From assembly GCA_048571215.1 (NCBI GenBank), contig CP182352.1, forward strand, positions 2,400,001 through 2,464,000: 64,000 nt of DNA, read 5' to 3'. The position numbers and the translations under genes are program-made. Positions 29,219 through 39,674 of the stretch are shown here, piece by piece (positions within the stretch are counted from its first letter, which is position 1; each line of letters opens with the position of its first letter). A model generated the notes under the pieces. The model had not been told where the DNA came from, did not search any database, and saw only the letters and a program-made list of their open reading frames with translations. The DNA is from Halarcobacter sp. (lineage in GTDB: Bacteria > Campylobacterota > Campylobacteria > Campylobacterales > Arcobacteraceae).

Positions 29219-32179
29219 TTATTTTTCAATATCAACTATGGTATAATGTAATTCTAAACCTTTTGAAGTAGCAATGAAACCATTTATATTAATAGTTCCC
29301 TCATGAACCATCTTATGATGCTCTTTGCAAAGTGGAATTAGATTATATTTGTGATTTGCATTTACATGACCTATAAATCCATCTTTATTTGCCCTTGCTT
29401 GCTCTTTTATGTGATGAACATCATCACAAGCCCTACCACAAATAACACATGTGTTTGCAAATAGTTCTTTATTGTATTTTGAAGTTTTTCTTTTGGTCAA
29501 TCGCTCAATAGCACTATAATCATCGGTTAATTTTTTTCTAATATCATTAGCAACTGCTAAAAACTCTTTATCCATATGGAGGGATTTAGCATACTCCAAA
29601 CCATACATAGAAGAACCACTTCCATATTTTAACTTCCTATCAAAGATAAGTTTATCTTCCTCATCTTGATACATAACAGATAGATGTAAAGGGATAATAT
29701 TTTTAAGTTTTTGTATCTCCTCAATCTCTGGTAGTTGATGTAAGTGAGTAGCAAATAAAAATATTGATTCAAGTTTAGAAAGCTTAAGTATGGCACTAGC
29801 TACAATAGATAAGCCACTCATTGTTTCTGTACTATGAGATATCTCATCTCCTAAAATAAGTGATTGTTTAGTGGCACGATTAAAAATATTTTTAAGCTCT
29901 AACATCTCAACAGCAAAAGATGACAAGCCTTTTGCAATATTATCAGCTCCGCTAATTCTTGTAAATACAGAATCAAATATAGAAAACCTCATAGATTTAC
30001 AAGGGACATAAAAACCAGCTTGAGCTAAAATAACTGCAATACCTATTGATTTCATTAAGGAAGATTTACCAGAAGAGTTAATCCCATACAATAAAACCCC
30101 ATGCATCTTATTATTATAAATATTTATAGGATTTGAGTTTTTGATTATAACATTGTTTTTATACTCATCTTTTGCTAAAGACAACTCACCCAAAATAATA
30201 TCATTTGGTACATAAATACCCTGCTCTTCATTTGCTTCAATTATTGGGTGTCTTAAATCAATAAGTTCTAAAAAGTTTTCATCATCTTTGGTTTTTACAA
30301 TTTTTGGACAAACATAGTTGTATTTTTTGGCTGTTTTTATGTTTGAGATTGTTAAATCAACCTCAGCAATAAATTGAACCAAATCTTCTAAAAGTGTAGC
30401 AAACTTCTTTTCAAACTCACCTAGTTTTTCTTTAAATACAAGTTTATTTAACTCTATAATTTTTCTTAAATTATGTACATATTTATCTGAAATTGTATCT
30501 GTTAAATTAGCTGAAATTTTAACTGTGGTTGTTTGTATCTTTATATTGAAATCTTTTACCAATAATAAATCATCTTCGATTATCAAGTGGGAGTTTAATA
30601 ACTGCTCTTTGATTGAATTAAATCTATTTTTTGTTAAAGATAAATAAAAACCCTCTTTATCTAATCTTTGTATTGAAACATAGTTACTATCTTTACTTCC
30701 TAAAAATGAAGAGATATGATCTTTAATTAAAACAAGTTTTTCAAAAAGTTTTTCATTCTCTTTATTTAACTCATCTATTTTATGATTTATCCCATCACAA
30801 ACCATATTTGACTCAACATCTTTTAACATATATTTGCCACTTACACTTAAATCAAAAGTTGATTCAATTGAGTCAATAAACATTTGAAGTTGAGCTAAAG
30901 AACAAGGTGGTGTTATGAATTTATAGTTTTCCATAAAATTTACCACCTCTTTTATACTAAGAAGTGAATCATAAAGGTAGTTTAACTCAAAGGGATGAAG
31001 TCTACATAGTTTTATTCTTCTTGTAAGTCTTTCAATATCATAAATATTTGCCAATTCATTTTCTATTGGGGCATGATAATCAAAAAGCTCTTTTGATAAG
31101 GCAAATCTTCTTAATAACTCTTTACTCTCTTTTATAGGGTGAGTTAATCTCTCTTTTAAAAGTCTTTTCCCCATTGCAGTTGAAGTGTTATTTATAAGTT
31201 TTATTAAACTTGGATTATGGGTTGTTTCTATTATATTTAACTGCTCTAAGGCATTATTTCCCAAATATATATATTTGCTAACATCAAGTCTAATTGGAAA
31301 GGAAAGTTTTTGAACTATATTTGAATCATGTCCTATAACAAAATCTATTAATATCGCAAGAGATTGGGTACTTAAAGGAACTCTTTCCATATCAAGGTGT
31401 TCTATTGCAGTTAGAAGAGATTCTATATTGAATACATTTTTAAATAGTTCATTTTGATAAGAGATTTTTGGTATGAAACCCCCTATATGAAAAGTTTTTA
31501 GTTTTAGTTCTAGATATTCTATTACCTCTTTTTGGTTCATATTTTTATCTAAAAATGTTACAACTACCTCATTTGTTTTATGCATATTCATATAGTTAAA
31601 CACTTCATCTAGGGCATAAAACTTATCTTCACTTGTACCATGTACTTCATTATAAAAGCACTTTCCTGTTGTAACATCTATTGCACTATAACCAACTAAA
31701 TATATCCCTTTTATTTGCTCAATTACAAGGGATGTTATATTGTTTTCATCTTGGTCTATTACAAAATCAAAGTTTGTTCCAGGACTTACAACAGTATCTA
31801 AATATCTTGACACTTTTGGAGGAAGCCCTTTTTGTCTTATGATTACTATTGTATATTTTTGTTCATTTATTATACGAGCTAAATGTTTTTCCAATGATAT
31901 TGCAGGAACACCTGCCATAATTGGATTTTCTTTTGAGTTTTCTAAAATAGATTTATTTTTTCTAGTTAATTGAATATTTAAAAGTTCTGCTATCTCTTTA
32001 GCTTTACCTATTTGTTCTTCATCATTATTTACTTCATAAACTTCAAAAAAAGTTCCTATTTCCATAAGAACTACAGTATTTTTTCCATACTTTTTTTCAA
32101 ATAGTTTTTGAAGTTTAAAATATGTTACTGTTAGCAGTGTTTTTTTATCATCTAATAACTCTTGAACTTCTTCTCTCAA
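29219..32179 (-). CDS. MutS-family protein with C-terminal HNH domain (MutS7-like)
   Basis: GTFFEVY mismatch-domain motif, GINSSGKS P-loop, SSFAVEM, DEI, FATH; C-terminal CVIC..HHI..N..NLIPLCKEHHKMVH. Confidence 0.88.
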   Translation of the reverse strand: MREEVQELLDDKKTLLTVTYFKLQKLFEKKYGKNTVVLMEIGTFFEVYEVNNDEEQIGKAKEIAELLNIQLTRKNKSILENSKENPIMAGVPAISLEKHLARIINEQKYTIVIIRQKGLPPKVSRYLDTVVSPGTNFDFVIDQDENNITSLVIEQIKGIYLVGYSAIDVTTGKCFYNEVHGTSEDKFYALDEVFNYMNMHKTNEVVVTFLDKNMNQKEVIEYLELKLKTFHIGGFIPKISYQNELFKNVFNIESLLTAIEHLDMERVPLSTQSLAILIDFVIGHDSNIVQKLSFPIRLDVSKYIYLGNNALEQLNIIETTHNPSLIKLINNTSTAMGKRLLKERLTHPIKESKELLRRFALSKELFDYHAPIENELANIYDIERLTRRIKLCRLHPFELNYLYDSLLSIKEVVNFMENYKFITPPCSLAQLQMFIDSIESTFDLSVSGKYMLKDVESNMVCDGINHKIDELNKENEKLFEKLVLIKDHISSFLGSKDSNYVSIQRLDKEGFYLSLTKNRFNSIKEQLLNSHLIIEDDLLLVKDFNIKIQTTTVKISANLTDTISDKYVHNLRKIIELNKLVFKEKLGEFEKKFATLLEDLVQFIAEVDLTISNIKTAKKYNYVCPKIVKTKDDENFLELIDLRHPIIEANEEQGIYVPNDIILGELSLAKDEYKNNVIIKNSNPINIYNNKMHGVLLYGINSSGKSSLMKSIGIAVILAQAGFYVPCKSMRFSIFDSVFTRISGADNIAKGLSSFAVEMLELKNIFNRATKQSLILGDEISHSTETMSGLSIVASAILKLSKLESIFLFATHLHQLPEIEEIQKLKNIIPLHLSVMYQDEEDKLIFDRKLKYGSGSSMYGLEYAKSLHMDKEFLAVANDIRKKLTDDYSAIERLTKRKTSKYNKELFANTCVICGRACDDVHHIKEQARANKDGFIGHVNANHKYNLIPLCKEHHKMVHEGTININGFIATSKGLELHYTIVDIEK

Positions 32180-32180
32180 C

Positions 32181-32600
32181 TTATTTCATCACTCCTGTCC
32201 AATCTCTTATCATACTTCTTTGCTCTTTTGTTAAATTTGCTTCATCATGCATCAATAAATAACTTTGTAGAGGCATTGCTGCATATACAGTTCTAAATAT
32301 CCCTTTTAATTTTTTCTTTTTTTCTTTTTCCGTATAGTTTTCCCAAGTAGAAAAATTTAAAGCTGCTTTTCCATGTTTTACGTGTCTTGCTATCATCCAT
32401 GAAAAAGGTGCTATATCTGAATACCATGGCCATTTAACTTCATTTGAATGACAATCATAACAAGAGGTTTTAAAAACACTCATAACCTCTTGTGGTGCTT
32501 TTATTTCTAACTCTTTAGAAGTTTGCTCATTGTTTTTATCTATTCTTATAAATTGTATTGCAATTAAAACTAATATGGTAAAAAAAATTGTTTTTTTCAT
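32181..32600 (-). CDS. Haem-binding (c-type) domain protein
   Basis: N-terminal anchor, SCYDCHS, WPWYS, LNFS, MP. Confidence 0.85.
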   Translation of the reverse strand: MKKTIFFTILVLIAIQFIRIDKNNEQTSKELEIKAPQEVMSVFKTSCYDCHSNEVKWPWYSDIAPFSWMIARHVKHGKAALNFSTWENYTEKEKKKKLKGIFRTVYAAMPLQSYLLMHDEANLTKEQRSMIRDWTGVMK

Positions 32601-32604
32601 AAAA

Positions 32605-32934
32605 TTAATCCATTAATAAGGTATACGGTCTTTTTATCTCATCAATAAATTGATAAATAGATATGTTTCTTCCATATCTTTTAAACTCTTTTGAATCAAA
32701 AAAAACTAGTATTGTTGGAATAGAAAATACCGAAAAACTACTTGCTATCTCTTTATACAAGTCACATTTTACTTCATAAAGTTCTATTTTTGGAAAGTTT
32801 TGCTCTATTGCAGTTTTTATTTTAGGTTTTAAATCTTTACAAACTGAACAATTCTTTCCACTAAAATATACAAGTACCGCTTGTTTGGTACTTATATAGT
32901 CATTTAATTTTTCAACTTGGTTTATTTGATTCAT
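32605..32934 (-). CDS. Thioredoxin-family protein
   Basis: CSVC and SIPT. Confidence 0.85.
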   Translation of the reverse strand: MNQINQVEKLNDYISTKQAVLVYFSGKNCSVCKDLKPKIKTAIEQNFPKIELYEVKCDLYKEIASSFSVFSIPTILVFFDSKEFKRYGRNISIYQFIDEIKRPYTLLMD

Positions 32935-34951
32935 TTGCTACTAAAACTGATTCAGAAATTTTTTCTTCAACTTTTTTCTCTTCCTCTTTAATTAGTTTTT
33001 CTGTATCATTTTCTGGATTTGTATGATCTTTTCTATTAACAAAAATATCATGTCTACTTAAACTAATCCCTTTCATATGAGTAAGAGGGAAGGCAAAAGC
33101 CATACCTTTTCCTGTTGTTGTTATATGTAAAGTGTGAATAATAGATCTAATTACAGGATTTACTAAACTTTGTGGAAGTAAAAATAAAAGTAATGCATCA
33201 TTTGCTTCAAAAGATGTTCTATAGAAGTTATCCATTTTTCCTAAGCCCATACCATCAGCTCTAAGAACTGTAACTCCAGGAGCCCCTGCTTTATTTGCTG
33301 CTTGTATTGCATCTATTTTTTTATCTTTTGGTACAATAATAACTACTGCACTAAAATCCATAGGTAAAGAGTGTCGTCTATCACTTCCATCAATATTTAC
33401 TGTAGCTAAATCCATATTCTCAGCATCAATAAGTGCATCTCTTAAGATATTAGCAGCTTCAATTTCAGTATCTGATTTAACTCCAAGTTTTTCTGTAATA
33501 ATCCCATATAACATAACAGTAATCATAGGAAATAAAGAAGCAAAAGCAATTAATCCAAACCCATCAATTAAAGGACTTCTTCCAGGTATATTTGTGGCAA
33601 GTCCAATACCAAGGGCTGCAACTAATGGAACTGTTACAGTTGAAGTTGTAACCCCACCACTATCATATGCAATTGGAATAATATATTTTGGAGCAACAAA
33701 AGTTAAAACAATAACTAAAATATACCCAACTATAATATAGTAATGGATATGTCCCCCATCAACAATTCTAAAAGCACCAAGAGCAATACCAATTGCCACA
33801 CCAAAAGCAACAAATATTCTTAAGGCAAAATCATTTATCTTACCATCACTAATCTCTCTAGCCTTCTTTGCAATAGCCATAAGTGCAGGTTCTGCCATAG
33901 TTGTAGAAAAACCAATAGCAAATGCAAAAGCATAAATTATTAGTACAGAATCACTCTTTGTGAGTTGATAAGCCATAGTCTCACCAAGAGAGAAAAGACC
34001 TAATTCTAAACCTAAAATAAATGCATATAAACCTAAAATTACTAAAATAAATCCAAGAAATACAGTTTTTAAATTTTGAATAGGTTTTTTTAGAACTCCA
34101 TATTGAAAAAAGAATATAATTGCCAAGATAGGAACTACATCTTTTACAACTGATATGATTCCAGTGATTATTGAGTTTATAGAGATATCTGTTGGAACAG
34201 ATGCATTTGCATCTAAAACTACACTTGCCACATCTTTAGCATCAACTAGAGAATAAACTGCAATTCCATAAATTTGTACAAAAATCATAGGAGTTAGTGA
34301 AGCAAAAGCTATAAGTCCAAAACCATCAATTACAGGATTTCGTCCCTTTATTGAAGAAGCAAGACCAATTCCTAATGCAGCAACTAAAGGAACTGTAACT
34401 GTTGAAGTTGTAACTCCACCTAAATCATAAGCAAGTCCTATAATCTCAGCAGGTGCAAAAAATGTAACACCTACAACCAATAAATATCCAACAATTATAT
34501 AATAGTGTATTGGATGACCTTTAATGATTCTAAATACACCCAAAAGAATCGCAAAGCCAACTGAACCTGCAACAACCAATCTTAAAATAGTTGCATCAAT
34601 TCTACCACTTGAGATAGAAGCTGCTTTATCAGCAATAACAGCAAGTGCAGGCTCAGCAATAGTTGTACCAAAGCCAATTAAAAAACCAAATATTAAAACC
34701 CATACTATGGAGCTGTGTTTTGCAAAATCCCTAGCTAGACCCTCTCCAACAGGGAAAATACCTATTTCTAGACCTTGTAAAAATATTGCTAAACCAACAC
34801 CAACTATACATAATCCAATAGCTGTTGAAACCCAGCCTTCAGGAACTGCTTGAATAATTGCAAGTTGAAAAAATAAAATAACTAAAACAATAGGAAGCAA
34901 GTCTCTAAATGAGTCTTTTAAAAGCCTTAAAAAAAAGTTAAACTGCATCAC
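32912..34951 (-). CDS. Tandem DUF1538 membrane protein fused to PII-like domain
   Basis: Two repeats of AEPAL / [15 protein letters not shown] / [11 protein letters not shown]-terminal [13 protein letters not shown]...GKGMAF. Confidence 0.8.
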   Translation of the reverse strand: MMQFNFFLRLLKDSFRDLLPIVLVILFFQLAIIQAVPEGWVSTAIGLCIVGVGLAIFLQGLEIGIFPVGEGLARDFAKHSSIVWVLIFGFLIGFGTTIAEPALAVIADKAASISSGRIDATILRLVVAGSVGFAILLGVFRIIKGHPIHYYIIVGYLLVVGVTFFAPAEIIGLAYDLGGVTTSTVTVPLVAALGIGLASSIKGRNPVIDGFGLIAFASLTPMIFVQIYGIAVYSLVDAKDVASVVLDANASVPTDISINSIITGIISVVKDVVPILAIIFFFQYGVLKKPIQNLKTVFLGFILVILGLYAFILGLELGLFSLGETMAYQLTKSDSVLIIYAFAFAIGFSTTMAEPALMAIAKKAREISDGKINDFALRIFVAFGVAIGIALGAFRIVDGGHIHYYIIVGYILVIVLTFVAPKYIIPIAYDSGGVTTSTVTVPLVAALGIGLATNIPGRSPLIDGFGLIAFASLFPMITVMLYGIITEKLGVKSDTEIEAANILRDALIDAENMDLATVNIDGSDRRHSLPMDFSAVVIIVPKDKKIDAIQAANKAGAPGVTVLRADGMGLGKMDNFYRTSFEANDALLLFLLPQSLVNPVIRSIIHTLHITTTGKGMAFAFPLTHMKGISLSRHDIFVNRKDHTNPENDTEKLIKEEEKKVEEKISESVLVANESNKPS

Positions 34952-35651
34952 TAATAGTCCCTTTTACCTGTTTATTAAACTTTTCTAAATCTGAGGTTTT
35001 CCCTATTACCACTAAAATATCTCCCTCATCAATTTTATGATTTATTCCTTTTGTATTAAAAATAAACTTATCTCCTAATTCTTTATCCATTATACCAATA
35101 ATTAATATATTATATTGCTTATGTATTATTATATCTTTAAAAAAAGTTCCATTTAAAATAGATTCTTTTTCTATATATATCTCTGAAATATTTAAATCGG
35201 ATTTACTAAAAAGTATCTCATCTAAAACCTCTAACATCAGCGGTTTTGTCATATGTCTATAGATTCTATGGGCACCTAATTCATTTGGATTAAGAACTTT
35301 TGTTGCACCTGCAATTGTAAGTTTTTTTGATTCTGCTTTTGTTTTAGAAGTTGTAATTATTTTTAAATCTTTATTTAAATTTCTAGCAGATAAAGTTACA
35401 AATAGATTATTTTTATTACTATTACTAACACAAAATAAAGAATCAATACCATTTTGTATCCCTAATGCTATTAATTCATTATCATTTAACAAGGTTGAAT
35501 TATTTATATTAAAGCCATCTTTTTGTGCCATTTTTAATTCATCTTCGTCAAAACTAACTATAATAACCTTATACCCTTTATCATCAAGTATATTTGCTAT
35601 TTTTGAACCAAGTGTTGTGTAGCCATAAATTATAATATTTTTTTTCATCAT
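34938..35651 (-). CDS. TrkA/RCK-domain protein
   Basis: IYGYTTLG Rossmann start, [21 protein letters not shown]. Confidence 0.85.
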   Translation of the reverse strand: MMKKNIIIYGYTTLGSKIANILDDKGYKVIIVSFDEDELKMAQKDGFNINNSTLLNDNELIALGIQNGIDSLFCVSNSNKNNLFVTLSARNLNKDLKIITTSKTKAESKKLTIAGATKVLNPNELGAHRIYRHMTKPLMLEVLDEILFSKSDLNISEIYIEKESILNGTFFKDIIIHKQYNILIIGIMDKELGDKFIFNTKGINHKIDEGDILVVIGKTSDLEKFNKQVKGTISDAV

Positions 35652-35658
35652 AAACTTT

Positions 35659-37215
35659 CTAAAACTTTTTTATCAAAAAATCAGTTTTTAACTCTTTTAA
35701 AGACTCTTTATACCCAATCACTATCAAAATATCTTTCTCTTTTATTATATAATTAAAATTTATAGGATTAAAAATAAATTGATGATTATTTGAAGTATTT
35801 ATTACTCCAATTAGTGTTAAATTATAATCTTCAAAATTTATTATATTTAGATTTTTATCTATAATATTCATCCCATCTACAATCTCAACCTCATCAACTT
35901 GAGCTGAAACATCTTCATTTAGAAGTATCCCATCAACTGCCTCAAAAGCAACAGGCTGTCCTATATATTCCCCTGCAACATAGGCACTGATTTGATTTGA
36001 ATTAATTATAAAATTAGCTCCTGCAAGTTTTAGTTTACCCTCAACTTCTTGGTCATTTACTAAAGTAATAATCTCTATATTTTCATTTAATGTTCTTGCA
36101 CCTAAAACTATAGATAGATTTGTCGCATCATCTTCACTAAGTGTGATAATAGTTGTAGCACCATCTCCAACCCCAATTTTTTTAAGAAAATCCATATTTG
36201 TTGAATCCCCAGATATTGCAAGAAGATTATCATCTTTAGCATTTAAAACTTTTTGCTCATCATGGTCAACTATTAAAACTTTTGTTTTTTGTTTGACAAG
36301 CTCTTTTGCCAAATTTTTAGCCATAACATCATAACCACAAATCACTACAAATTTTTTTAGTTTTTGTACCTCATTTTCAACTCTTATTTTTTTAATAGAT
36401 TCCATTCTCTCTGCTAAGGCAGTTGTAACAATAGAGGTACTAAAAGCGATTACTAAAAAACCATTTATTATTAAAACTAAGGTTACTAGTTTTCCCTCGG
36501 GAGTTATAGGCACAATATCTCCATAACCAACCGTTGAAATTGTAATTAAAGACCAATATACTGCATCAAAAAAATGATTAATATTATCATTAACTCCACT
36601 TGGTCCTTCATATACAAATATAATTGTTGAACCAAAAAATATAACAATACTACTTAAAATCATTAAAGTATATAATTCAAATTTTCTTTCAACGAAAATA
36701 TTTAAAAACTCTTTTAATGAATTCGTATATCGTAATATTTTAAAAAGTCTAAAAAGCATAAAAATTCTTAATACTCTAAGTGGTCTATATGCTGGAAGTA
36801 TTGCTAATAAGTCAATAATAGACATGGGAGAAAATATAAACTCAAACTTCTCTTTTATAGCTTTTTTTATGGATTTAGATAGTTTATATTTTTTTGCTAA
36901 AAACATAGCTTCTTCATAATCATTGATTATGGTTTTTCTTATATCACTACATACCCACAATCTTCCCAACCACTCCACTATAAAAACACCTATGGCTAAA
37001 TACTCATATGTGATTAATAAAGACATTTTAGTATGATTAACTTCATAAATTAAGATTCCTATGGTACTTAAGACCAAGAATATCATAAAAAAATCAAAAT
37101 ATTTTTTGTATTTATATTGGGGGTTTTCTAATATATTTCTAGTAAATTCTTTAAAGTTTGTGTATATAAGTGAACTATCAAGATGGTAGGATATTGTTAC
37201 AATTGGATTTTTCAT
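35659..37215 (-). CDS. 6-TM potassium channel with RCK domains
   Basis: S4-like RPLRVLRIFMLFRLFK, TVGYGD selectivity filter, C-terminal RCK. Confidence 0.92.
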   Translation of the reverse strand: MKNPIVTISYHLDSSLIYTNFKEFTRNILENPQYKYKKYFDFFMIFLVLSTIGILIYEVNHTKMSLLITYEYLAIGVFIVEWLGRLWVCSDIRKTIINDYEEAMFLAKKYKLSKSIKKAIKEKFEFIFSPMSIIDLLAILPAYRPLRVLRIFMLFRLFKILRYTNSLKEFLNIFVERKFELYTLMILSSIVIFFGSTIIFVYEGPSGVNDNINHFFDAVYWSLITISTVGYGDIVPITPEGKLVTLVLIINGFLVIAFSTSIVTTALAERMESIKKIRVENEVQKLKKFVVICGYDVMAKNLAKELVKQKTKVLIVDHDEQKVLNAKDDNLLAISGDSTNMDFLKKIGVGDGATTIITLSEDDATNLSIVLGARTLNENIEIITLVNDQEVEGKLKLAGANFIINSNQISAYVAGEYIGQPVAFEAVDGILLNEDVSAQVDEVEIVDGMNIIDKNLNIINFEDYNLTLIGVINTSNNHQFIFNPINFNYIIKEKDILIVIGYKESLKELKTDFLIKKF

Positions 37216-37247
37216 TTTATTAACAAGGAAGTTTTATCCTCCTTGTT

Positions 37248-38801
37248 TTATACCTGATGCTCTTTATTTTTTTCAAGTCTTTCTTTTTGAGAAAGGTATG
37301 AATTTAAGGCACCTAAATAAGCTTTTGCCGTTGCAAGCATTGTATCTATACTTAAACCATGTCCAACAAAAGCTGGGCTTGTTTCATCAAAAGACACTCT
37401 TGTTGTAACTTTAGCTAAGGCATCTTTTCCTTCAGTTACTGATATAACTTTATAATCTTTTAACTCACCATTATATCCAGTAAGTCTATCAATTGTTTTA
37501 AAAATTGCATCCATAGTTCCATTTCCAATATTTGCATCTGTCATAACTTCATCTTTATATTTAATAGATACAGCTGCTGTTGGAACACCATTTGAACAAT
37601 CTGATATTTGTAAACCAACTAACTCATAAGTTTTTATAGAATTTAAGGCTTCATCAGTGATTAACATTCTAATATCATCATCTGTAACCTCTTTTTTCTT
37701 ATCAGCTAATATTTTAAATCTTTCAAAAGCAGAATTTAACTCATTTTCTGTAACCTTATCAAAACCTAAGTGCTCTATTTTATCTCTAAATGCTGCACGA
37801 CCTGAGTGTTTACCTAAAATCAATGTTGAATCTTTAAATACACCAACATCTTCAGGTTTCATAATCTCATATGTTTCTTGATGTTTCAACACACCATCTT
37901 GGTGAATACCACTTTCATGGGCAAAGGCATTTTTACCAACAATTGCTTTGTTTTGTTGTGGTTCTACCCCAGTTATTGTTGAAACTAATTTAGAAGTTGC
38001 ATAAATCTCCGGAGTATTAATATTTGTATATAAATCTCCAAAGGCATCTTTTCTTGTCTTTATAGCCATTACAGCCTCTTCTAAAGCTGAGTTTCCTGCT
38101 CTTTCACCTAAACCATTTATTGTAACTTCTATTTGTCTAGCACCATTTAAAACAGCACTTAATGTATTTGCTGTAGACAATCCTAAGTCATTATGATTAT
38201 GTACAGAGATGATCGCTCTATCTCCTGCAAAATCACTTAATTCTTTAACCATTGCACCTAATTCTGTTGGTAATCTATATCCAACTGTATCTGGCAAGTT
38301 AATAGTTCTTGCTCCAGCAGAGATAACCGCATCCATAACCTCTTTCATAAAAGGTATTTCTGATCTTCCTGCATCTTCTAATGAGAACTCTACATCATCA
38401 ACAAATGTTCTTGCATACTCAACTGCATGAACTGCTCTTTTAATAACTTCATCTGGACTCATTTTTAATTTATATTGCATATGAATCGGACTTGTTGCTA
38501 TAAAGGTGTGAATTCTGTGTTTAGGAGCTTTTGAAACTGCTATACCAGATTGTTTAATATCATTTTCGATTGCTCTACTCAATGAACAAATACTAGAGTT
38601 TTTTACTACTTCAGCTATTCTACTTACTGCATCAAAGTCTCCTGGACTTGCTGCAGCAAAACCTGCTTCAATAATATCAACACCTAATTTTTCTAATTGT
38701 AAAGCGACTTTTATTTTTTCTTCTGTATTCATAGAACAACCAGGAGATTGTTCACCGTCTCTTAATGTAGTATCAAATACGTATATTCTATTCTTATCCA
38801 T
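37248..38801 (-). CDS. leuA: 2-isopropylmalate synthase
   Basis: [31 protein letters not shown]; regulatory C-domain. Confidence 0.97.
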   Translation of the reverse strand: MDKNRIYVFDTTLRDGEQSPGCSMNTEEKIKVALQLEKLGVDIIEAGFAAASPGDFDAVSRIAEVVKNSSICSLSRAIENDIKQSGIAVSKAPKHRIHTFIATSPIHMQYKLKMSPDEVIKRAVHAVEYARTFVDDVEFSLEDAGRSEIPFMKEVMDAVISAGARTINLPDTVGYRLPTELGAMVKELSDFAGDRAIISVHNHNDLGLSTANTLSAVLNGARQIEVTINGLGERAGNSALEEAVMAIKTRKDAFGDLYTNINTPEIYATSKLVSTITGVEPQQNKAIVGKNAFAHESGIHQDGVLKHQETYEIMKPEDVGVFKDSTLILGKHSGRAAFRDKIEHLGFDKVTENELNSAFERFKILADKKKEVTDDDIRMLITDEALNSIKTYELVGLQISDCSNGVPTAAVSIKYKDEVMTDANIGNGTMDAIFKTIDRLTGYNGELKDYKVISVTEGKDALAKVTTRVSFDETSPAFVGHGLSIDTMLATAKAYLGALNSYLSQKERLEKNKEHQV

Positions 38802-38902
38802 GTTTTGCCTTTGTAAATTGCATAATATTATATCTTTTTTTTAATATAAAAAAAGTAAAAATAAGTTTTTTTGTGATTGTGTATATTTAAAAAATTTAAA
38901 TA

Positions 38903-38980
38903 TTAGAGTGATTTTGAAAGCAGCAGAAGAGAGTTAACACTTTTTATAAAATGGTTATTATAAAAATTAAATATTTTCAT
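38903..38980 (-). CDS. leuL: leuA leader peptide MKIFNFYNNHFIKSVNSLLLLSKSL
   Basis: AAGGAG SD, ATG 38980, CTT CTG CTG CTT run plus CTC, TAA 38903-38905. Confidence 0.85.
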   Translation of the reverse strand: MKIFNFYNNHFIKSVNSLLLLSKSL

Positions 38981-39012
38981 TATTACTCTCCTTGTTTTAT
39001 TTTGAATACGAA

Positions 39013-39041
39013 ATTATATTAGTTTAAAATTTTTTTGTCAA
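39013..39041 (-). promoter_or_regulatory. sigma70 promoter of leu leader
   Basis: TTGACA (39041-39036) - 17 nt - TATAAT (39018-39013). Confidence 0.85.
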
Positions 39042-39063
39042 GAGTTTTTGATATTTTTATCTT

Positions 39064-39672
39064 CTACTCTTCACCTTCTTTTGTAGGAAGTATTGCTAAT
39101 GTTGTTTCCCCTGAGCTTACTTTATCTCCAATTTTTACTACAATATGATTTGTATTTTCAATAGTAACTGTAATTTGTCCTTGTAAAAAAATACCTATTT
39201 TTTCACATTTTCTTAAACTATTTGTTTGAGTAACATCAATTGCAATATTATACATTGAAGAGTATAGATTTAGTGTAGAGTTTGCAAATTTTATTATCGC
39301 TTTTTCATTTAGTTTTTTTGCTTTATATGAACTAAGATTTAAATTTAAACCTCTATTATATGTAACTTCATAATCCCCATCCTCTACAGCTCTTAGTATA
39401 TGATTTGAACATAAAGATACATCAATAAAAATCTCTTTTTTATTATCTATTGTATCTATAGCAGTGATAACTCCTGAAATAGGAGCTACTATATCACTTG
39501 TATTATTATTAAAATTTATTTGTTTATTTCTAAAGATATAGATTAAAAATAGTGTTAAAACAAAAGTTATAAAAACTAGAAAACCACACTCAATTAGTAT
39601 TGAGATTATCATTGCAATAAATGAAATACCTACTGCTTTTTGTCCCTCTTTTGCTATAACACTATCAAACAT
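39064..39672 (-). CDS. Phosphatidylserine decarboxylase-related protein (degenerate)
   Basis: IAKEG, IFR, APISG, NEK, VKIGDKVxxGET; catalytic GS motif not seen. Confidence 0.7.
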   Translation of the reverse strand: MFDSVIAKEGQKAVGISFIAMIISILIECGFLVFITFVLTLFLIYIFRNKQINFNNNTSDIVAPISGVITAIDTIDNKKEIFIDVSLCSNHILRAVEDGDYEVTYNRGLNLNLSSYKAKKLNEKAIIKFANSTLNLYSSMYNIAIDVTQTNSLRKCEKIGIFLQGQITVTIENTNHIVVKIGDKVSSGETTLAILPTKEGEE

Positions 39673-39674
39673 AT

